Source: Candidatus Lustribacter sp.
Lineage (GTDB): Bacteria > Vulcanimicrobiota > Vulcanimicrobiia > Vulcanimicrobiales > Vulcanimicrobiaceae
Direction of reading: 5' to 3'
Assembly (NCBI GenBank): GCA_965277805.1
Contig: OZ255842.1
Coordinates: forward strand, 4,640,001-4,704,000
Length of the DNA stretch: 64,000 nucleotides
Position numbers and translations under genes: made by a program. Shown one piece after another: positions 37,893-48,590 of this stretch. The notes below the pieces were generated by a model, which made no database searches, was not told the origin of the DNA, and saw only the letters and a program-made list of their open reading frames with translations. Within the stretch, counting starts at the first letter, position 1, and every line of letters begins with the position of its first letter.

Positions 37893-38525
37893 ATGCGTAA
37901 CTTGAGCGAGCTCGTCGCGCCGTCCAAGACGGCGATTCTCGTCGTCGACGTGCAAAATGATTTCTGCGAACCGGAAGGCGCCTCGGGGAAGGCCGGCCGG
38001 AACACCGATGCCGCCATGGCGATGATCCCGACGCTGCAGCGGTTTCTCACCGCCGCGCGCGAGCACGGCACGAACGTGATCTTCATTCAGACGATTCACG
38101 AACCGTCGACCGACTCCGACGCCTGGATCGGCCGGCGCTCGAATCCCGACGCCAAGAACTGCCTCAAGGGCACGTGGGGAGCGGAGTTCACCGGCATCGC
38201 GCCGCGCGAATCCGAACCGGTCGTGATCAAGCACCGTTACAGCGCGTTCGTGAATACGCGGCTCGAGTCGGTGTTGCGCACGCTGAAGATCGAGAACATC
38301 ATCGTGCTCGGCGTCGCGACCAACGTGTGCGTCGAGTCGACGGCCCGGCACGGGTTCATGCTCGATTACAACACGATTTTCGTCTCGGATTGTTCGGCCG
38401 GTTACGATCAAGCCGCGTGCGAGATGACGCTGCGCACGCACGCGATGCACTTCGGCCCGGTGGCGACGGCGCAAGAGATCATGGACACGTGGGCAGCGAC
38501 GCACTCCGTCGCGGCTGCGGTTTAG
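37893..38525 (+). CDS. Isochorismatase-family cysteine hydrolase
   Basis: VVDVQNDF, KHRYSAF and GVATNVCVEST. Confidence 0.92.
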   Translation: MRNLSELVAPSKTAILVVDVQNDFCEPEGASGKAGRNTDAAMAMIPTLQRFLTAAREHGTNVIFIQTIHEPSTDSDAWIGRRSNPDAKNCLKGTWGAEFTGIAPRESEPVVIKHRYSAFVNTRLESVLRTLKIENIIVLGVATNVCVESTARHGFMLDYNTIFVSDCSAGYDQAACEMTLRTHAMHFGPVATAQEIMDTWAATHSVAAAV

Positions 38526-38535
38526 GAGCCGTTCG

Positions 38536-39171
38536 ATGAAACAACTTGCGGAACTCGTGATCCCGGCGAAGAGCGCCGTCCTCGTCGTGGACGTGCAGAA
38601 CGACTATTGCGAACCCGAAGGCGCGCTGGGCAAAGCCGGGTTGCCGACGGGCGCGGCGATGGCGATGATCCCGACGCTGCAGGCGTTTGTCACCGCGGCG
38701 CGCGCCGCGGGCACGCCCGTGATCTTCATTCAAACGAACCACACACCGGAGACCGATTCGGCCGCGTGGTCGTGGCGCAACGGCGGCATCAGCAGCGCCG
38801 TTTGCCGCAAGAACACCTGGGGTTCGGAATTCACCGGCGTCGCGCCGTTGCCGGACGAACCGGTCGTCGTCAAACACCGCTACAGCGCGTTCATCAACAC
38901 GCGGCTCGACTCGGTGCTGCGCACGCTCAAGATCGAGAACTTGATCATGACGGGCGTCTCCACCAACGTCTGCGTCGAGTCGACCGCGCGTCACGGCTAC
39001 ATGCTCGACTACCACATCGTGTTTCTGTCGGACTGCACGGCCGCATACTCGATCGAAGAACACGAAGGCGCGCTTTACAACATGCGCACCCACTTCGGTG
39101 TCGTCGCAACCTCAACCGACGTCACTGACGTCTGGTCGCGGTCCCTCGACAAGCTCGGGATGACAGTTTAG
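38536..39171 (+). CDS. Isochorismatase-family cysteine hydrolase (tandem paralog)
   Basis: Same motifs; highly similar to the upstream gene. Confidence 0.92.
   Translation: MKQLAELVIPAKSAVLVVDVQNDYCEPEGALGKAGLPTGAAMAMIPTLQAFVTAARAAGTPVIFIQTNHTPETDSAAWSWRNGGISSAVCRKNTWGSEFTGVAPLPDEPVVVKHRYSAFINTRLDSVLRTLKIENLIMTGVSTNVCVESTARHGYMLDYHIVFLSDCTAAYSIEEHEGALYNMRTHFGVVATSTDVTDVWSRSLDKLGMTV
39141..39167. repeat. REP-like repeat, copy 3
   Basis: Identical to 13239-13265. Confidence 0.85.
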
Positions 39172-39174
39172 GGA

Positions 39175-41121
39175 CTAGGGTTTGCGGCGCTGCGCGCGGG
39201 CGCGGCGATCGCGCTTGCGGTGAGCGGTGCCGGTAGCCGGCGCGGCTCCGCCGTTCGGCGGACGATGCCCGTTGCCGTGATGGCCGTTGTTGTTCGGGCC
39301 CTTTGGGCGCGGCGGCGGCGGGCCGCCGATCTGCGTGTAACCGGAGAGGATTTCTTTCACACGTTCGTACGCGTTGCCGAGCGCGCCGGGGAGTGACTTG
39401 TTGCGGTCTATCACGCGGTCGGGAATGTCGTCGGTCGTGTAGAGGGTGAGGTATTCCTCGCCGTCGCGCTGCACGTCGATGCGCGGGGAGTCGAACTTGA
39501 CGGTCTTCGGGTTGACGTTGAGCATGCGCGTCGCGAACCGTTCGGCGTCTTCGTGGGGTGCGATGCGCCGGGCTTCGGTCACCCATTGATCCCACTGTTG
39601 CCCGAAGTTAGGAATCGGGCGGCCGGACTTGTCCCACGCGATCCGCTGCGGCGGGAGAATCATGCGCCAGTGATCGGGATCGAGCGGCGCCCAGGTCGGC
39701 TTGATTTCTTTCGGCGCCGCGAAGCCGTCGATCTCGAGCAGCGCGGTCTCGATCTCTTCCGCCGTGCGTACTTTCGCGGCACGTTTGGGATCGCGGCGTA
39801 ACAGCTCTTCGAACTTCTCGGCGACTTGCGCCGTCATTCGGCCTTGCGCGTCGATCTGCGGCGGCAAGCCATAGAGCGAGGGCAGCGTGACGAGTTGGTG
39901 GCGTTGCGCCTGATCGACGAAGTCGATGATCAAGGCGGCGGGCTTCACGCTCTTTTCGATCAGCTCGCGACGCATCAGCGCGGATTCGGTCGATGAGAGC
40001 TGGTTTGCGATGTCGTCGACCGGGCGCAGCGCGCGGCCCGTAATCTGCGTGTAGAGCGTCGTCGACTTCGTGGGCCGTGCGTTGAGGATCACCTGAACCG
40101 ACGGAACGTCGAAGCCTTCGAGATAGAGCCCACAGTTGGCGAGCACGTCGATATCGCCGTTGCGGAAGTCGCGCACGATCTTCTCGCGCTCGTCCTTGGG
40201 CGTCTCGCCGCTGGCCCATTCGGCTTTGACGCCGTTGGCCACGAATTCTTCAGCGATGTCGCGCGCATGTTCGACCGAGGCGGTGAACACCAGCGCCTTC
40301 ATGCCGGGGGTGTGCTGCTTGTAAGCGGCCACGATACGCGCGTTGCGGTCGACGGTGTTGACCGCCGCCGCTAACTGCCCGATCACGAAGTCTCCGCCGC
40401 GCGAGGCAATATCGTCCAAGTTCGTGGTCGTCGCGACGGCATACGATTTGACGGGCACGAGATAGCCCGCGTCGATCGCCTTGCGCGCATCCATCGAGTA
40501 GACGATTTTCTCGAAAACATCCACGAGCCGTACGCCGTCACCGCGGTTCGGCGTCGCGGTAAATCCGAGAACCATCGCTTCGGGTCGTTGCGCGAGGATC
40601 GCATCGACGATCGCGCGATACGACGGCGCCGCCGCGTGATGCGCTTCATCGATGATGAACAACGAGATGCGCCGGTGAAAGCGCTGAACGAACGCTTCGA
40701 GCCGTTTCTCCGAAAGCGTCTGCACGGTCGCAACGATAATGTTAGAATCGTCAGGAGCCTTGCGTTCGGCCTTCTCGACGCCGATCTTCAGACCCGGATT
40801 CTCGATCTGCATTTTCTCGACGGTCTGCTCGATCAACTCATCGCGATGCGCCACAACGAGCGTAACATCGCCCGGTCGCAACGACAACAACTTGGGCAGC
40901 GTGGCTAATACCACGGTCTTGCCGAGTCCCGTCGCCAGGGACACGATTTGGCTGCGAATACCGCGGGCGCGATGTTCGAGAATTGCTTGTTGCGCTTCGA
41001 CCTGATACGGACGAAGACGCGGCGCCGCCGGCGTTGGCCGGGCGCCATTTTGGTTCGTGCGACGCCGAGGCTGATTCCCTTCAGCAGCGATCGCTTCGAA
41101 TTGTTCCATCACGCCTATCAC
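39175..41121 (-). CDS. DEAD/DEAH-box (SF2, ResIII/Irc3-like) helicase
   Basis: LRPYQ, ATGLGKT, DEAHH, TATP, EGFDVP and QITGRALR. Confidence 0.9.
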   Translation of the reverse strand: MIGVMEQFEAIAAEGNQPRRRTNQNGARPTPAAPRLRPYQVEAQQAILEHRARGIRSQIVSLATGLGKTVVLATLPKLLSLRPGDVTLVVAHRDELIEQTVEKMQIENPGLKIGVEKAERKAPDDSNIIVATVQTLSEKRLEAFVQRFHRRISLFIIDEAHHAAAPSYRAIVDAILAQRPEAMVLGFTATPNRGDGVRLVDVFEKIVYSMDARKAIDAGYLVPVKSYAVATTTNLDDIASRGGDFVIGQLAAAVNTVDRNARIVAAYKQHTPGMKALVFTASVEHARDIAEEFVANGVKAEWASGETPKDEREKIVRDFRNGDIDVLANCGLYLEGFDVPSVQVILNARPTKSTTLYTQITGRALRPVDDIANQLSSTESALMRRELIEKSVKPAALIIDFVDQAQRHQLVTLPSLYGLPPQIDAQGRMTAQVAEKFEELLRRDPKRAAKVRTAEEIETALLEIDGFAAPKEIKPTWAPLDPDHWRMILPPQRIAWDKSGRPIPNFGQQWDQWVTEARRIAPHEDAERFATRMLNVNPKTVKFDSPRIDVQRDGEEYLTLYTTDDIPDRVIDRNKSLPGALGNAYERVKEILSGYTQIGGPPPPRPKGPNNNGHHGNGHRPPNGGAAPATGTAHRKRDRRARAQRRKP

Positions 41122-41239
41122 GTACGGAGGCGCACCGCAGTTAGATGCGGTGCGAGTGAGTGGCCGGATCGAGACGCACCTGCGCCTACAAGAGCCGGAC
41201 TTGATTCCCTATTCCTAGACCCGCGTTGCGACTCCTCGG

Positions 41240-42517
41240 TTACAAATGCGACGAAAAGAGAACCGACCGCACGGCATCGTTTCCGATGGCGGCGACCTCG
41301 TCGCGCTGGAGGACCAGCGACGGCCGCGCGTCGTGCGTCTCGCGCACGCGTCCGGCCCGCCCGCCGCCGGTGACGTTGAGGAGTATGCGACGGTCGCGTT
41401 CGACCGATCCGTCGGCGACCGCCCGGATTAGCGCAGCCGTCGCGATGCCGGCTTCGGGGTCGATATCGATCCCCTCGGACTCGGCAAAGAGCATCATCGC
41501 GTCGACCATTTCGTTATTCTCGATCGCGAAGACCGTGCCGCTGCTCTCGCCCAGCGCTTCGCGCACGCCGCCCGCGATCGCGTAGGGCGGGGTTTGGTTA
41601 GAGAGCACTTGAGCCCCGATTTGCGCGATTTGGCGGCGGGCATCGGCCACCGAGCGCTCGATCAGTACGGGTGCGTTGGCGCTCCAAGCATCGAAAAGCG
41701 GCGTGAAGGGCGCATTTTGCGCGAGCATCAGTTGCGGGACGTGGCGGCCGAAACGGCCGTCACCGATCAGACGGAGCGCGGCTTCGCGCACGCCGAGCGC
41801 GCCGGCAGCGCTGCCGACTGCCTGAAAATAGTAGTCCGGGATCGCACCAATTGCATCGGCGGCAGCCAACATCACGATGCCGAGACCGTCGCGCCGGGCA
41901 ACGTTGCGCACCCCGCCCTCGAGGATGAACTCCTCATCGGCGGCGAGCTGGCGCGAGAAAGCGATCGCGTCCTCGTACTCGGCGCCCTCGATTGCCACGA
42001 CCTTGACGGTCGGGCCGATCCGGGCGATGGCCGCGACGCGGTCGAAGGCGTTTGCGGGAACGATCACGACCAGCGGCACGTCGTTGACCGTGCACGCATC
42101 GGCGAAGGCCGCCGCGGTGTTGCCGGCCGAGGCGACGACGAGGGTGCGACTTTCGTCGGGGCCGATGCGGGCGAGCACCGCGTAGGCCTCGAGTTCCTTA
42201 AAGGTCGCGGTCCGCAGGGCGGCGCCGCGTTCCGGCCACCAGCCGTTGAAGCCGATCCAGAGCTGGTCGAGCCCGAGCCGTTTGGCGAGGCCGGTGCTGT
42301 GATAGACGGCGGTTTGTGCGGCGGTTGCGATCTCCCGGCCGCGCGGCAGCCACGAAGAGTAGCGCCGGATCGAGGGCTCGGGGGTGACGACGAAGGCTTT
42401 CTCGTCGTATTCGGTGCGAAGAAGTGCGGACGCGTGGTCGTTGGGGCAGTCTAAACGAACGCCGTCGTCTGGGAACGTTCCGCCGCACCCCGTGCAGCGC
42501 AGCCGGTACTCGCGCAT
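41240..42517 (-). CDS. Cysteate synthase-like PLP enzyme (threonine synthase family)
   Basis: N-terminal CxxC, FNGWWPERGA...TFKELEA, ASAGNTA, EGG.RNVARRDG and YFQAVGS. Confidence 0.78.
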   Translation of the reverse strand: MREYRLRCTGCGGTFPDDGVRLDCPNDHASALLRTEYDEKAFVVTPEPSIRRYSSWLPRGREIATAAQTAVYHSTGLAKRLGLDQLWIGFNGWWPERGAALRTATFKELEAYAVLARIGPDESRTLVVASAGNTAAAFADACTVNDVPLVVIVPANAFDRVAAIARIGPTVKVVAIEGAEYEDAIAFSRQLAADEEFILEGGVRNVARRDGLGIVMLAAADAIGAIPDYYFQAVGSAAGALGVREAALRLIGDGRFGRHVPQLMLAQNAPFTPLFDAWSANAPVLIERSVADARRQIAQIGAQVLSNQTPPYAIAGGVREALGESSGTVFAIENNEMVDAMMLFAESEGIDIDPEAGIATAALIRAVADGSVERDRRILLNVTGGGRAGRVRETHDARPSLVLQRDEVAAIGNDAVRSVLFSSHL

Positions 42518-42644
42518 GTATAAGAAGTATCGGCCGCGGGGCGACGCGGCGTTAGGCAACCCGGTCACTCTATGCCGGGCGCTCCCTCGGGACGCCCTCC
42601 GGCTAGTCGTGATTGCCAAACTGGAACGTTGGGCAACCGAAGGC

Positions 42645-44723
42645 ATGGCCAAGAAAGCACGTAGCGCCGCGTCACGCGATGCGCTCACCGAATTTCGCGT
42701 TGATGCGACCGGCACGACCCTCACCACCACCGTCGGCGTGCCGATCGCCGACGACCAAAACTCACTGCGTGCGGGCGAACGCGGCCCGAGCCTGCTCGAA
42801 GACTTCGCGCTGATCGAGAAGATTCAGCACTTCGATCACGAGCGTATCCCCGAACGGGTGGTCCACGCCCGCGGCTCCGGCGCTCACGGCTACTTTCAGG
42901 TTTACCAATCGATGGCGAACGTCACGCAAGCGGCGTTTCTGTCGGACCCGTCGGTGAAGACGCCGGTGTTCGTGCGCTTCTCCACGGTGGGCGGATCGCG
43001 TGGTTCGGCCGATACGGCGCGCGACGTGCGCGGCTTCGCGACGAAGTTCTACACCAGCGAAGGCAACTACGATCTCGTCGGCAACAACATGCCCGTCTTT
43101 TTCATCCAAGACGCGATCAAGTTTCCGGATTTCGTGCACGCCGTCAAACCCGAACCGCACCACGAGATGCCGCAAGCCTCGTCGGCCCACGACACGTTCT
43201 ACGATTTTTGCGGCTTGACGCCGGAGTCGGCACACATGGTGATGTGGCTGATGTCCGACCGTGCCATCCCGCGTTCGTACCGGATGATGGAAGGTTTCGG
43301 CGTACACACCTACCGGTTGATCAACGCCAAAGGCAAGTCGACGTACGTGAAGTTCCACTGGAAGCCGGTGCTCGGCATGCACTCGCTGGTGTGGGATGAG
43401 GCCCAGAAGATCGCCGGTAAGGATTCGGATTTCCACCGTCGCGATCTGTGGGAAGCGATCGATAGCGGCGCGTTCCCCGAATGGGAACTCGGCGTGCAGC
43501 TCTTCGACGACCGTCAGGCCGACAAATTTGCGTTCGACATCCTCGATCCGACGAAACTCGTGCCGGAAGAACTCGTGCCGGTGCAGCGCATCGGCAAGAT
43601 GACGCTCGATCGCAATCCCGACTCGTTCTTCGCCGAAACGGAGCAGGTCGCGTTTTGCACGAGCCATGTGGTGCCGGGCATCGACTTCACCAACGATCCG
43701 CTGTTGCAAGGCCGCAACTTCTCGTATCAGGACACGCAGCTCACGCGCCTCGGCGGCCCGAACTTCAACCAGATCCCGATCAATCGGCCGCAGTGCCCGT
43801 TTCACAACAACCAGCGCGACGGCTTGCACCAGATGCAGATCAACACCGGAGTGGCGTCGTACGAGCCGAACTCGCTGGGCGACAACTTTCCCAAAGAGAC
43901 GCGCGCCGGATTCACGTCGTTCCTCGAACCCATCGCAGGCGACAAGCGGCGCGTGCGGGCGGAGTCGTTCAAGGATCACTTCTCGCAAGCACGTCTCTTT
44001 TGGAACAGCCAATCCGAGATCGAGAAAGAGCACATCATCGGCGCCTTCTCGTTCGAACTCGCTAAGGTCGAATCGCCGGCAATCCGCGAGCGTTACGTCT
44101 CCCAGATCCTCGCGAACATCGACGGGCGCTTGACGGCAGCCGTTGCGGCCGCGCTCGGCATGCGCGCGCCGGCGGCGCAAAACGGCGCTGCCGCCAAACC
44201 GCGCAAAGGGATCGATATTTCGCCCGCGCTCAGCATGATCGGCACGCAGCCGGCCGATTCGATCGCGACGCGTAAGGTCGCGATCCTCGTGGCCGACGGT
44301 GTCGACGGCGCAGCGGTCGCTGCGATGCAGGCGGCGCTTACGCGTGCCGGCGCGGTCGTCCACGTGCTCGGGCCGCACCTCGGCGCGCTCAAAGCCGCCG
44401 GCGGCAGCGTGATCGTGGATCACACGCTCGTAACGATGCCGTCGGTCGTGTACGACGCCGTCTTCGTGCCCGGTGGAAAAGCGAGCGTCGCGGTGCTGCA
44501 AGCCGACGGCGACGCCGTGCATTTCGTCAGCGAGGCGTTCAAGCACGCGAAGGCGATCGCCGCCGCGAGCGACGGTGCCGACCTGTTGCGCACCGCCGGG
44601 ATCTCCGCCGAAGCGGTGGGCGTCGTGACCGGCAGCGGGCCGGCCTTGGCACGGAACTTCATCGCGGCGATCGCGCAGCACCGCGCCTGGGATCGCACGG
44701 GCCTGATGGCGGTGCCTGCCTAA
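42645..44723 (+). CDS. katE: Large-subunit catalase HPII
   Basis: [15 protein letters not shown] and RNFSY.DTQ; C-terminal DJ-1/GATase-like domain. Confidence 0.96.
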   Translation: MAKKARSAASRDALTEFRVDATGTTLTTTVGVPIADDQNSLRAGERGPSLLEDFALIEKIQHFDHERIPERVVHARGSGAHGYFQVYQSMANVTQAAFLSDPSVKTPVFVRFSTVGGSRGSADTARDVRGFATKFYTSEGNYDLVGNNMPVFFIQDAIKFPDFVHAVKPEPHHEMPQASSAHDTFYDFCGLTPESAHMVMWLMSDRAIPRSYRMMEGFGVHTYRLINAKGKSTYVKFHWKPVLGMHSLVWDEAQKIAGKDSDFHRRDLWEAIDSGAFPEWELGVQLFDDRQADKFAFDILDPTKLVPEELVPVQRIGKMTLDRNPDSFFAETEQVAFCTSHVVPGIDFTNDPLLQGRNFSYQDTQLTRLGGPNFNQIPINRPQCPFHNNQRDGLHQMQINTGVASYEPNSLGDNFPKETRAGFTSFLEPIAGDKRRVRAESFKDHFSQARLFWNSQSEIEKEHIIGAFSFELAKVESPAIRERYVSQILANIDGRLTAAVAAALGMRAPAAQNGAAAKPRKGIDISPALSMIGTQPADSIATRKVAILVADGVDGAAVAAMQAALTRAGAVVHVLGPHLGALKAAGGSVIVDHTLVTMPSVVYDAVFVPGGKASVAVLQADGDAVHFVSEAFKHAKAIAAASDGADLLRTAGISAEAVGVVTGSGPALARNFIAAIAQHRAWDRTGLMAVPA

Positions 44724-44732
44724 TATCACCGC

Positions 44733-45575
44733 ATGAAGACGATCGGGGCGTTGCAGGAGCGGCTGGAAACCGACGGCTTCGCGGTGATCGAGGGTTTCAA
44801 GTCCGCGGCTGCGATCGCGGACTTGCGTGCGCGGGCCGGTGAGATCGTCGATCTCTTCGATCCGAGCGTAGCCAGCGGCGTCTTCTCTGCCGCCGATGAG
44901 AAGGAGCGAGCCGACGAGTACTTCCTCGGCTCGGGCTCGACCGTGCGCTGCTTCTTCGAAGCGGAAGCCTTCGGCGCGAACGGCGAGTTGCGCCAGCCGA
45001 AAGCGCTCTCGATCAATAAGATCGGGCACGCGATGCACGATCTGGATCCCGTGTTCGAGCGTTTTTCTCGCGGCCCGGAGCTCGACGCGCTCGTGCGCGA
45101 TGCCGGCATCGCCGAGCCGCACGTCTACCAGTCGATGTACATCTTCAAGCAACCGCACATCGGCGGCGAGGTTCGCTGGCACCAGGACGCCACGTACTTC
45201 TCGACCGAGCCGCAGAGCGTCGTCACGCTGTGGTTTGCGCTCGAGCGCGCCGATCGCAACAACGGCTGCCTGTGGGTGCAGCGCGGCGGCCAGCGCACGC
45301 CGTTGCGCGAACGCTTCGTGGTGGAGAACCGCGTCGGCAAGCTCGTGAAGCTCGATACGACGCCGTGGCCGTCGGATGCCGAAGCCGAACCGTTGGAGGT
45401 CGAAGCGGGCACGCTCGTGGTCTTTCACGGACGGCTGCCCCATTACAGCGCGCCCAATCGCTCGGCGATTTCGCGGCACGCATACACATTGCACGTGGTC
45501 GACGGGCGTGCGGCATATGCGCCGGAAAATTGGTTGCAGCGCGATGCGGCGTTGCCGGTGCGCGGCTTCGTCTAA
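44733..45575 (+). CDS. Phytanoyl-CoA dioxygenase family (PHYHD1-like)
   Basis: INKIGHA.HDLDP, QSMYIFKQP.IGGEV.WHQD and H.S..N.S..SR. Confidence 0.9.
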   Translation: MKTIGALQERLETDGFAVIEGFKSAAAIADLRARAGEIVDLFDPSVASGVFSAADEKERADEYFLGSGSTVRCFFEAEAFGANGELRQPKALSINKIGHAMHDLDPVFERFSRGPELDALVRDAGIAEPHVYQSMYIFKQPHIGGEVRWHQDATYFSTEPQSVVTLWFALERADRNNGCLWVQRGGQRTPLRERFVVENRVGKLVKLDTTPWPSDAEAEPLEVEAGTLVVFHGRLPHYSAPNRSAISRHAYTLHVVDGRAAYAPENWLQRDAALPVRGFV

Positions 45576-45700
45576 CGGCGCGGTTTGATTCGGACTTTTA
45601 CAACAAATGTAGAGTGACGCGGCAAGCGCCTTTCTTTATCATTCGATAACACTCGGCGCGGACCGCAAAGCCGGCGGGTTGAGTCTCTGGAGGTAAAGTC

Positions 45701-48589
45701 TTGGCTTACTCGCAACGGGTGCGCAGCGTCATTACGCTTGCGCTTAGCTTCGCATTTTCTGTCATGAGTTTCGGAGCGGCAATCGCCGCACCGAACCCGC
45801 CTGCGATCGTCGCACAAGCAACGACCGGCACGCTCTCCGGCACCGTGAGGACGCCGGCCGGCGACCCCGTTTCGGGCGCAACGGTGAGCGTTAAAGGCCC
45901 CGCACAGACGAGCGCGACGACCGGCGATGACGGCACGTTCTCGCTCAGTGTTGCTCCCGGTCTCTATCAAGTCATCGTGAACAAAGGCGGTTATCAGCCG
46001 GCGTCGCTCGACGACGTAGCCGTCGTTGCAGGGGCAACGCAACCCGTGAACATCTCCCTCGCAAGCGTCGACCTGTCGACATTGCGCACGATCGGCTCTG
46101 TGACGGCCACCGGCCGCGCCTCGCAGATTAACACCGGCGCCGCCGCGCAGACCTATACCAGCGCCGCGCAATTCGCGCAGTACGGCAGCCCGCAAATCAA
46201 CGACGTGCTACAGCGCACTCCCGACGTCGTGATCCAGAAATTGGGCACACAGGCCGACACTGCGATTGTAGTCGGCGGCCTACAGCCGTACGAGACGCAG
46301 GTGTTGATCGACGGTCACCCGGTGGCGCTCGGGCAGTACGGTGTCTGGTTCAGCCAATACCTGCCGTCATATCTCATCGGTGGGGCAGAGACGGAGTCCG
46401 GACCCGGTAATACGACGCCGTTCGCCAACATCGCGGTAGCCGGTACGGTCAACCTCACGACGCCCGCATTCACAACGAAGACAACGGCGCAAGCCAACTA
46501 CGGTTACGACCAGTATCAATCGCAATTCGGAAACGTGCTCTTAACCGGGTCGGCCGGGAATCTCCAATACGTCTTCGGCGCCGGAACGGCCGGCGACAAC
46601 GGCTATTGGTACAAAAAGTCCGCTTGTGACGTATACGTTACCGATCCCGCGACGGCGCCGAATACGCCCGGCTTTGCGGGCATCGTGCCGTTTTGCGGCG
46701 ATTTCAGCGGCTCGTTCCATTCGCGCGGCTGGCTGGGTAAGCTGCGCTACAACTTCTCATCGGCAACATCGATCGACTTCGGTTTCCTCGGCACGTACGG
46801 CGGGTTTTCGCCGCAAGGTTCGGCTTGGGGTGAAGACTACGGTCCCACGCTGGTCGAGGCTTGCATTCCGGGCACGCTGCAGTGCACGAGTCCGCAAAAT
46901 GCCAACCTGATCGGAACGACGATCCAAGGCTTCTATTGGTTCCCCGGAACCGACATTCAGAATACCCAGCAGATGTGGACCGCCCAATTCCATACCTCGC
47001 TCGGGAGCGATACGATCGTCGACCGGCCCTACCTCGGTTCGCTGCAACCGGAAATCTACGATGGTACCGGTGAGGGCTACTATCCGGCATTCTATGCGCC
47101 GAACGCGACGTACCCCGCCTGCCCGCCGGTCGGCACGCCCATCGCGGCCACGTGCTATCCCGGGCCGCAATCGCTGCCGCCCGGCACGCAGATCCCCGGA
47201 ACGCCGAACAACACGTTCTTGACCGCACCCAACCAATTCGAAGCGACGGCCTGTCCGCCGGGCACGATCAACAGCTTCAACCAGATCAATAGCCCGCAGA
47301 ACACGATCGTCACGGTAAACGGTCAGGAAGAGTGCTTCCAATATCCGTACAGTACGTACGAACAGGACAAGCTCTACGGCAACACGTTCCAGTACGTTCA
47401 TCCGTTCGGCAATAGCGAACTCACCTTTACCTACGATTTCCACGGGTCGAGCACGTTCGCATACGTCAACAATCCGAGCAACTTTGCCGTACCGTTCTCA
47501 TCCACGCGCTTCTCGACGTTTTCGTTGACGGGGTCGCTCGGCATGATCCCGCATCTGACGATCAACTTCGGTCTCTACAACACGCAGTGGACGGCGTCCG
47601 GCCAACAACCGATCTTCGACGTTGCGACCAACGCCATCACCGGCTACGGCCCGCTCGGCCGCAGCGTTTCGCGCTTTGATCCGCACTTTGCGCTCGTATT
47701 CCGGCCGGGCTCCGACACGTCGTATCGTGTTGCAGCCGGCAGCTCCGAGACGTTCCCGTTCGTCGGCGACATCAGCGGTGCCGCGATCAGTCAGCCGCCG
47801 GCGTTCTTGTTCTCGGCCGGCAGCATCTCGCAGAAGAACCCCAACCTGCAGCCCGAGTACGCCATGTCCTACAGCGCGGGCGTTGACCATCGCTTCGGCA
47901 ACGGCTCCATCGCCTCACTCGATCTGCAAGACACGCTCGTGCAGAACGTGTTCCAGCAGTCGACGGTCCTCGAAGTCGTTCCCTACCAAGGTTCGACGGG
48001 TATCCTCGGCATCTTCACGCCGATCAACGTCGCGCGTTTGAATGCCAAGACCGCGACCTTCAAGTACGCCTTCGCGCCGGCCAAGGGCCTTGGCTTCAAC
48101 ATTGCGGCGACGGCCGATAGTTCGGTCATGAGCGGCATTCCGGCGGCGGTGTTCAACGGCAACCCCGGTCTCCCGGCCAACGACGTGCAGGTCTGCGGCG
48201 GTGCCGCATTCACGCCCGGTCTCGCGACGTGTATTCCGTACTTGAAAGGCTACGGTCAAATCACGTATGCGTGGAACGGCGGTGGATTTGCGGAGATCGG
48301 CGCAGACTACGAAGGCAAGAACAACGCCTACTACCAGCCCCCGTTTACGTTCCTCGATCTCTCGGTGAGGCAGCCGCTAACCAAGTGGCTCCAGCTCCAA
48401 GTCTCGGTCCAGAACTTGTTCAACAACAACACGTTCAACTATCTGCCGGCCGCCAACGCAGGCATTCCGGCGGTCGGCGACTACACCCCCGACGGCGTAT
48501 CGATTGCGCAGGGCAGCTTCTCCACGTACCGCCTCCCGGCTCCCACGCGCACGGTACTTCTCTCGTTGCGAGCGCATTTGGGGAACTGA
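45701..48589 (+). CDS. TonB-dependent receptor with N-terminal carboxypeptidase-regulatory-like domain
   Basis: Signal peptide, G.V....G.PV.GA.V, plug motif VLIDG.P, NP.LQPE and terminal V.NLFN...RT.....R. Confidence 0.88.
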   Translation: MAYSQRVRSVITLALSFAFSVMSFGAAIAAPNPPAIVAQATTGTLSGTVRTPAGDPVSGATVSVKGPAQTSATTGDDGTFSLSVAPGLYQVIVNKGGYQPASLDDVAVVAGATQPVNISLASVDLSTLRTIGSVTATGRASQINTGAAAQTYTSAAQFAQYGSPQINDVLQRTPDVVIQKLGTQADTAIVVGGLQPYETQVLIDGHPVALGQYGVWFSQYLPSYLIGGAETESGPGNTTPFANIAVAGTVNLTTPAFTTKTTAQANYGYDQYQSQFGNVLLTGSAGNLQYVFGAGTAGDNGYWYKKSACDVYVTDPATAPNTPGFAGIVPFCGDFSGSFHSRGWLGKLRYNFSSATSIDFGFLGTYGGFSPQGSAWGEDYGPTLVEACIPGTLQCTSPQNANLIGTTIQGFYWFPGTDIQNTQQMWTAQFHTSLGSDTIVDRPYLGSLQPEIYDGTGEGYYPAFYAPNATYPACPPVGTPIAATCYPGPQSLPPGTQIPGTPNNTFLTAPNQFEATACPPGTINSFNQINSPQNTIVTVNGQEECFQYPYSTYEQDKLYGNTFQYVHPFGNSELTFTYDFHGSSTFAYVNNPSNFAVPFSSTRFSTFSLTGSLGMIPHLTINFGLYNTQWTASGQQPIFDVATNAITGYGPLGRSVSRFDPHFALVFRPGSDTSYRVAAGSSETFPFVGDISGAAISQPPAFLFSAGSISQKNPNLQPEYAMSYSAGVDHRFGNGSIASLDLQDTLVQNVFQQSTVLEVVPYQGSTGILGIFTPINVARLNAKTATFKYAFAPAKGLGFNIAATADSSVMSGIPAAVFNGNPGLPANDVQVCGGAAFTPGLATCIPYLKGYGQITYAWNGGGFAEIGADYEGKNNAYYQPPFTFLDLSVRQPLTKWLQLQVSVQNLFNNNTFNYLPAANAGIPAVGDYTPDGVSIAQGSFSTYRLPAPTRTVLLSLRAHLGN

Positions 48590-48590
48590 C

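Noticed and set aside
42762-45494. 910-aa minus-strand ORF and other long antisense ORFs (13413-14891, 16989-18275, 24348-26129, 59182-60720)
   Set aside because: Shadow frames opposite well-supported genes, expected with high-GC codon bias; no recognisable motifs.
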